DNA from: Planctomycetota bacterium
Lineage (GTDB): Bacteria > Planctomycetota > UBA8108 > SXIK01
Length of the DNA: 64,000 nt
Direction of reading: 5' to 3'
Assembly: GCA_965223845.1 (NCBI GenBank)
Contig: CBDCXR010000004.1
Span: 1,568,001-1,632,000, forward strand
Of the stretch, positions 59,989 to 64,000 are shown piece after piece. A program made the translations under genes and the position numbers. The first letter of the stretch is position 1. Each line of letters opens with the position of its first letter. The notes under the pieces were generated by a model. It saw nothing but the letters and a program-made list of their open reading frames with translations. It did not search any database and had not been told where the DNA came from.

Positions 59989-62118
59989 ATGGCGCGGCGG
60001 AAGAACACAGCCGAAGCGTTTGAAGTGCTCTACAAGATGAGCCGAGAGGGGACCGCGTCAGCCGAATCCGCTCGCGACGACGCAGGGGATTGCCCCGCGT
60101 GCGGTGCGCAGGGTGAAGGCGACCCCTCGCGCCGAGGGTCATCGGGTTCTCTGCCGCTCCACATTCCGCAGCGATCGGAGCCGCTCCTTCGCGCCCGTGC
60201 TGGCTGGCGCGGGCCCGAGGCCGGGATGGCGGGTTCGGGCGGATACCCCGCTGGCGGCGGCTCGTTTCCACCCGCCACCGCTGCGAATCCCCCGGGGTGG
60301 GGTCCGGCCGCCGGGACGTGGATGCAGGCGCCGCGTCCGCTCGTCTCCCCGCGGCTCGCGCTGCGACAGTCGGGCCCGGCCCAGTATCCCATCGATCCCG
60401 GGACGCTCCATCCGCCGATTCCTCCCGGGTACGTCCACCCGGCGGCAGCTTACGCGCCGCCGTCACCTCCGGAACGCCCTCCGATTCCGAATCCCCATCC
60501 GGCCTCGCCGATTCCTGCTCCCGAGCCGCTGCTCGGACCGGCGAGCGCCTCGGCCCGAGCGGATTCCGAGCCCGCGCCCCGCCTCCCGCATCGATTCGAC
60601 GAGGGCTCCGGATCTTCGCTTCCTCCGGCTGCGGCGCGGCGGTCTTCTCCCCCGGGAGCCGATCGATCGAGTGACGTCGGGATTCCGGCCGATCGCGTGG
60701 GCGACATCTTCGCCGAGCCGAGTCGAGGACGAGTCGCTTGGGAGCTCGCGGACGAGGAAGAGTGGGACGATCCCGCGGAGACGCACGTGGAGTCGAACGC
60801 GATCGAGGCCGCGGGCGAGGGCGGCGATCCGACGGACGTCGCGTTCGCGATGGCCGCGACCGAAGCGAAGAGGGGGTCGAAGACGAAATCGGGCAAGAAA
60901 AAGGGGAGCGACTCGCGGCGGCGCAGCGAGCGGAAACGCCGCTCGGAGGGGCGACCGGGTTCCGGCGGGGAGCGGCGAGCGAAACGGACGCGATCGTCCG
61001 GTCGCCCGGCCGCGAGTCGCCCGGCGGACGGAGACTCCTCGCGGAGGAAATCGGAGCGCGTCGACCGCGAGGTGGCCGAGACTGGACCCGCGGCGCCGGG
61101 AGACTCTTCGGAACTCTCCGCGGATGTGACGAGTTCGGGGGTCGGCTCGACCGATTCCGAACCGGCTCTCGCCACGAGCGCGGAGGGCACAGCTCGCGAC
61201 GCATCTCTCCGTCCGGTCGACGCGCCAGCGGTCGAGACGACTCCCGGCGACCGTTCGTCCGTCCCATCCCCGCCGGCGCGATCGAAAGGTGCCGCCGTCG
61301 CGCTCGCGGTCCTCGCGCGTTCCCGCGCGAGCGTCCGGAGGGGCGGGCGTTGGCTGCTAGGCGACGGCCTCACGTCCGCGCTGAATCGTCGACTCGAGAT
61401 GCGGGTGGCAACGGTCATCGCCCTCTCCGCGGTCGCGGTCGTCGTCTGCGCGCTTGCGTACTTGCAGGGAGGATCGAATCGCGGCATGTCCGAGCCGACG
61501 ACGTTCTTTGATCTCGAGCCGAATCGCGACGGCGAGTTCGAGCCGGGCGCGGCGGGCGAGTTCGACCCGATCGGCGAACGCGAAGCTCCGTTCGGTTCGC
61601 CGAAACCGATGTTCGGCGAAGGCGACGTGGTCGGCGCCGTCACTCGCGTAGCGGACGGCGACCGGGGTGAAGGGGCGGGTGAGAATCGATCGACCGGAGT
61701 CGCGGCCGGTCCGAGCGTCGACTCGGCGGAGACGACGGAGGCGCCTCCACCCTCGAGGCTCCCCGACGCCCCGAGGGATCTCGAGGAAGGGCTCTCGCCG
61801 CCGCCGGCCCCGGCACGGTCCGATCACTACTGGTTCATTCGGATCCACGGCATGGCGTTCGACGACGAGGCCGAGCTGATCCGTCGCTACTTCGAAATGC
61901 GTCTCGGTTACCGTGCGCGCCTCGAGCCCGAGGAGGGGGTTGTCCGGCAGGGACGACAGCTCTACGCCGTGTTCGTCGAGACTCCATTTGCCGATAAGGC
62001 TGCGGCGGACACCGAGCTCGCGCGACTGAAACAAAAGGCGCTGGACGATCCTTACGAAAAGTCCTATGTGAGGGACTTCCAGGGCGCGCTCGCCGTCCGG
62101 CGGACGTTCGCGCGTTGA
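59989..62118 (+). CDS. Bitopic membrane protein with long Pro/charged low-complexity N-terminus and SPOR-like C-terminal domain
   Basis: Purine-rich RBS; TM segment VATVIALSAVAVVVCALAYL; C-terminal WFIRI...AE.IR...LYAVFVETPFADKAAA..EL..LK is SPOR-like. Confidence 0.65.
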   Translation: MARRKNTAEAFEVLYKMSREGTASAESARDDAGDCPACGAQGEGDPSRRGSSGSLPLHIPQRSEPLLRARAGWRGPEAGMAGSGGYPAGGGSFPPATAANPPGWGPAAGTWMQAPRPLVSPRLALRQSGPAQYPIDPGTLHPPIPPGYVHPAAAYAPPSPPERPPIPNPHPASPIPAPEPLLGPASASARADSEPAPRLPHRFDEGSGSSLPPAAARRSSPPGADRSSDVGIPADRVGDIFAEPSRGRVAWELADEEEWDDPAETHVESNAIEAAGEGGDPTDVAFAMAATEAKRGSKTKSGKKKGSDSRRRSERKRRSEGRPGSGGERRAKRTRSSGRPAASRPADGDSSRRKSERVDREVAETGPAAPGDSSELSADVTSSGVGSTDSEPALATSAEGTARDASLRPVDAPAVETTPGDRSSVPSPPARSKGAAVALAVLARSRASVRRGGRWLLGDGLTSALNRRLEMRVATVIALSAVAVVVCALAYLQGGSNRGMSEPTTFFDLEPNRDGEFEPGAAGEFDPIGEREAPFGSPKPMFGEGDVVGAVTRVADGDRGEGAGENRSTGVAAGPSVDSAETTEAPPPSRLPDAPRDLEEGLSPPPAPARSDHYWFIRIHGMAFDDEAELIRRYFEMRLGYRARLEPEEGVVRQGRQLYAVFVETPFADKAAADTELARLKQKALDDPYEKSYVRDFQGALAVRRTFAR

Positions 62119-62319
62119 GCGAGGCCCCGGCGGGCGTCGTTCGCGCCGACGGGTGAGTCCGCGTGGCGGATCGGCGTTCCGTGTCCGCATCGAGCTCCCG
62201 TCGTCAACCTCGAGTCGCCGCGGCACGGAAACCTGCCAGCCGCCACCGGAAGCGCGACGCCCGCGTGGATTCTCACTCTGCTCGAAGACGATCTCCGGTC
62301 GGGCGCAGGTCCCGTCAAT

Positions 62320-63201
62320 ATGAACAATCGACCCGAGTGCATCCCGTGTTGTCTCCGCCGCGTCCTCAAGGCCGCGGACCAGAAGACGAGTGACGAGTGG
62401 CTCCACCGCAAGATTCTCGGAGAGGTCATGCAGGACCTCTCTCGGGTCGACGAGGTCGCGACCCCGGCCGAACTCGTCCACGGAGTTGCGAAGAAAACGG
62501 CGCGGGCTCTCGGCGTAGTGGATCCGTACGCCGAGGAGCGGAAGCGCTGGCTCGACGAGATCACCGGAAACGCGGAGTGGATCCGTTCCGAGGTCGCCAC
62601 GAAGCCGGACCCGTTTGTCGCCGCGCTGCGGTTGTCGATCGTAGCGAATATCTTCGATAACGAGCTCCGCGCCGACATCGTCGACGGGTTCTCGCTCAAG
62701 TCGCTCGTTCGCGGGTTCGAGAACGTCCCGTTCGTGGAGGACAGCGTCGAGGATTTTCGCCTCGCGGCGCAGAAGGCGACGAGCGTGCTCTTCGTTCACG
62801 ACAGCGCGGCTGAGCTCTTCTTCGATCGATTGCTCATCGAGGCGCTCGAGAAGCCGCGAGAGGCAGTGGCTTCGGTCGTTCGCGAGACGACGATCCTCGC
62901 CGACGCCACGCTCGCGGACGCCGAGGCCGTGGGCCTCGGGGAGGTCGCGGAGATCCTCGACATCGGGATCGACGGTCTCGGAGTCCCCCTCAACGCGTGC
63001 TCGCAGGCCTTTCGCGAGCGCTACGAGGCCGCCGACATGGTGATCGCGAAGGGGCAGGCGGCGTTTGAAACGCTGGCGGGAGATGACCTCCGCAAGGAAG
63101 GGGTCGAGAAGGAGATCTTCTACCTCTTGCGCGTGAAATGTGCGGTGATCGCGCGCGAGCTCGGGGCGGGAGTGGGGGAGGCGGTGCTCGAGCTCGGTTG
63201 A
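62320..63201 (+). CDS. DUF89/ARMT1-like damage-control phosphatase family protein
   Basis: CIPC; DPYAEERK; ANIFD; DSAAELFFDRLLIE; ILADAT..DA; ADMVIAKGQ..FETL; LLRVKC. Confidence 0.88.
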   Translation: MNNRPECIPCCLRRVLKAADQKTSDEWLHRKILGEVMQDLSRVDEVATPAELVHGVAKKTARALGVVDPYAEERKRWLDEITGNAEWIRSEVATKPDPFVAALRLSIVANIFDNELRADIVDGFSLKSLVRGFENVPFVEDSVEDFRLAAQKATSVLFVHDSAAELFFDRLLIEALEKPREAVASVVRETTILADATLADAEAVGLGEVAEILDIGIDGLGVPLNACSQAFRERYEAADMVIAKGQAAFETLAGDDLRKEGVEKEIFYLLRVKCAVIARELGAGVGEAVLELG

Positions 63202-63236
63202 GGGGGCGACGAACCGACGCTGCGCAGAGAAATCCC

Positions 63237-63264
63237 TTGTCGCGGTTCGGACCGCGACTACAAT
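63237..63264 (+). promoter_or_regulatory. sigma70-type promoter of the small basic protein gene with a palindrome in the spacer
   Basis: TTGTCG-N16-TACAAT; GTCGCGGT-TCGG-ACCGCGAC inverted repeat at 63239-63258. Confidence 0.5.
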
Positions 63265-63379
63265 GCCTCGTTCGATTCCGCGAGCAGAGTGGCGGAGTCG
63301 ACCTAAAACAAGTGATTCACAGCCGTGCTGGGCGCGACCGGTCGTGGCACCGGCGAGCCTCCTTCGGGAGCGGATGATT

Positions 63380-63619
63380 ATGAGCGTTCACAAGAGCCTT
63401 CGAACCGGCGGGAACCTCGTTCGCGCGAGAAACGTGCTTACGCGTTACGAGCGAATCCTCGAGCTGCGAAAAGGCGGGAAGTGGGACGAGGACGGCGCGT
63501 CTCCGTACCGGCTGCCGAAAGTCCGCGTTATGAAGCTGAAGAAGCGCGGCAAGGAAAAGAAGAAGAAGGAAGAGGAAGAGGCGACCGCCACCGCCACCGC
63601 CACCACGACCGCGAGCTGA
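63380..63619 (+). CDS. PVC-superphylum signature small basic protein (TIGR04137-like)
   Basis: MSVHKSL......RARNVLTRYERI..L...GKW....SPYRLPKVR with a Lys-rich tail. Confidence 0.9.
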   Translation: MSVHKSLRTGGNLVRARNVLTRYERILELRKGGKWDEDGASPYRLPKVRVMKLKKRGKEKKKKEEEEATATATATTTAS

Positions 63620-64000
63620 CGCTCCCGCGGTCGGGACGAGTCCTCTTCGCGAGCCTTTTCCCAGAGGTCCCCGGTTCCCCGTCCCCTCGCGGTCCGCGCG
63701 CAAGAGCAATTCCCTGCCCGAACGTCGTTGCGAGAGGCTTCCCCACGGCGCTCATTCTCCTCGCATCAGCGAGGTCGACGGCAGAGCGGTTGGCACCCCA
63801 ACATCGCCGTAGCGTGACGCGGTCCGTCCAGAACGTGGACGACTTTCGTCGACTCCCTCGCCGCGCATCGAGTCGTTCGCCGACGTAGGGAGGGGCGTTT
63901 GTCTCCCCCCGATCGCCCAGCGCAGGGCGATCGATCGAACTGCGGGGTTCGTGCTGACCGAGGGGGTCGTCCGCGGCCGGGAACGGATCTTGCTGCGCGG

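Noticed and set aside
63620-64000. Possible gene at the right edge
   Set aside because: No protein-like ORF or RNA motif recognised in the available sequence.

Overview
GC-rich chromosomal window, very probably from a Planctomycetota (PVC) bacterium. The evidence is a PVC-signature small basic protein, a planctomycete-type cytochrome c domain, Cys-tailed dockerin-like domains, a CRTAC1/ASPIC-UnbV protein, a DUF1800/DUF1501 pair and a PilM-PilN fusion. 1-15 kb is a tightly coupled type IV pilus/T2SS-like operon: PilM-N fusion, PilO-like, small protein, TPR protein, then five (pseudo)pilins in the order G-H-K-J-I. The K-like subunit is a 2161-aa giant carrying a LamG domain and about 7-8 degenerate, partly nested copies of a ~70-aa beta module that also occurs in the J-like subunit. 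The rest is housekeeping and envelope genes: holA, CoA-binding protein, PTS IIA, tRNA-Arg(CCG), GT9, CRTAC1/adhesin/TPR, icd, clpB (consensus sigma-54 promoter plus two palindromic enhancer-like sites), split pntAB, beta-hydroxyacid dehydrogenase, YyaL, LuxR, an Ig-lipoprotein-fused Na/Pi cotransporter divergent from Ppx/GppA, an Fn3-cytochrome c lipoprotein, DUF1501/DUF1800, macrodomain, queF, an active/inactive transglutaminase pair, NPCBM, SPOR-like, DUF89 and the small basic protein. No integrase, transposase, reverse transcriptase or CRISPR array was seen. One MITE-like element and several candidate structured RNAs lie in intergenic regions. All family calls come from motif recognition by eye, not database searches.
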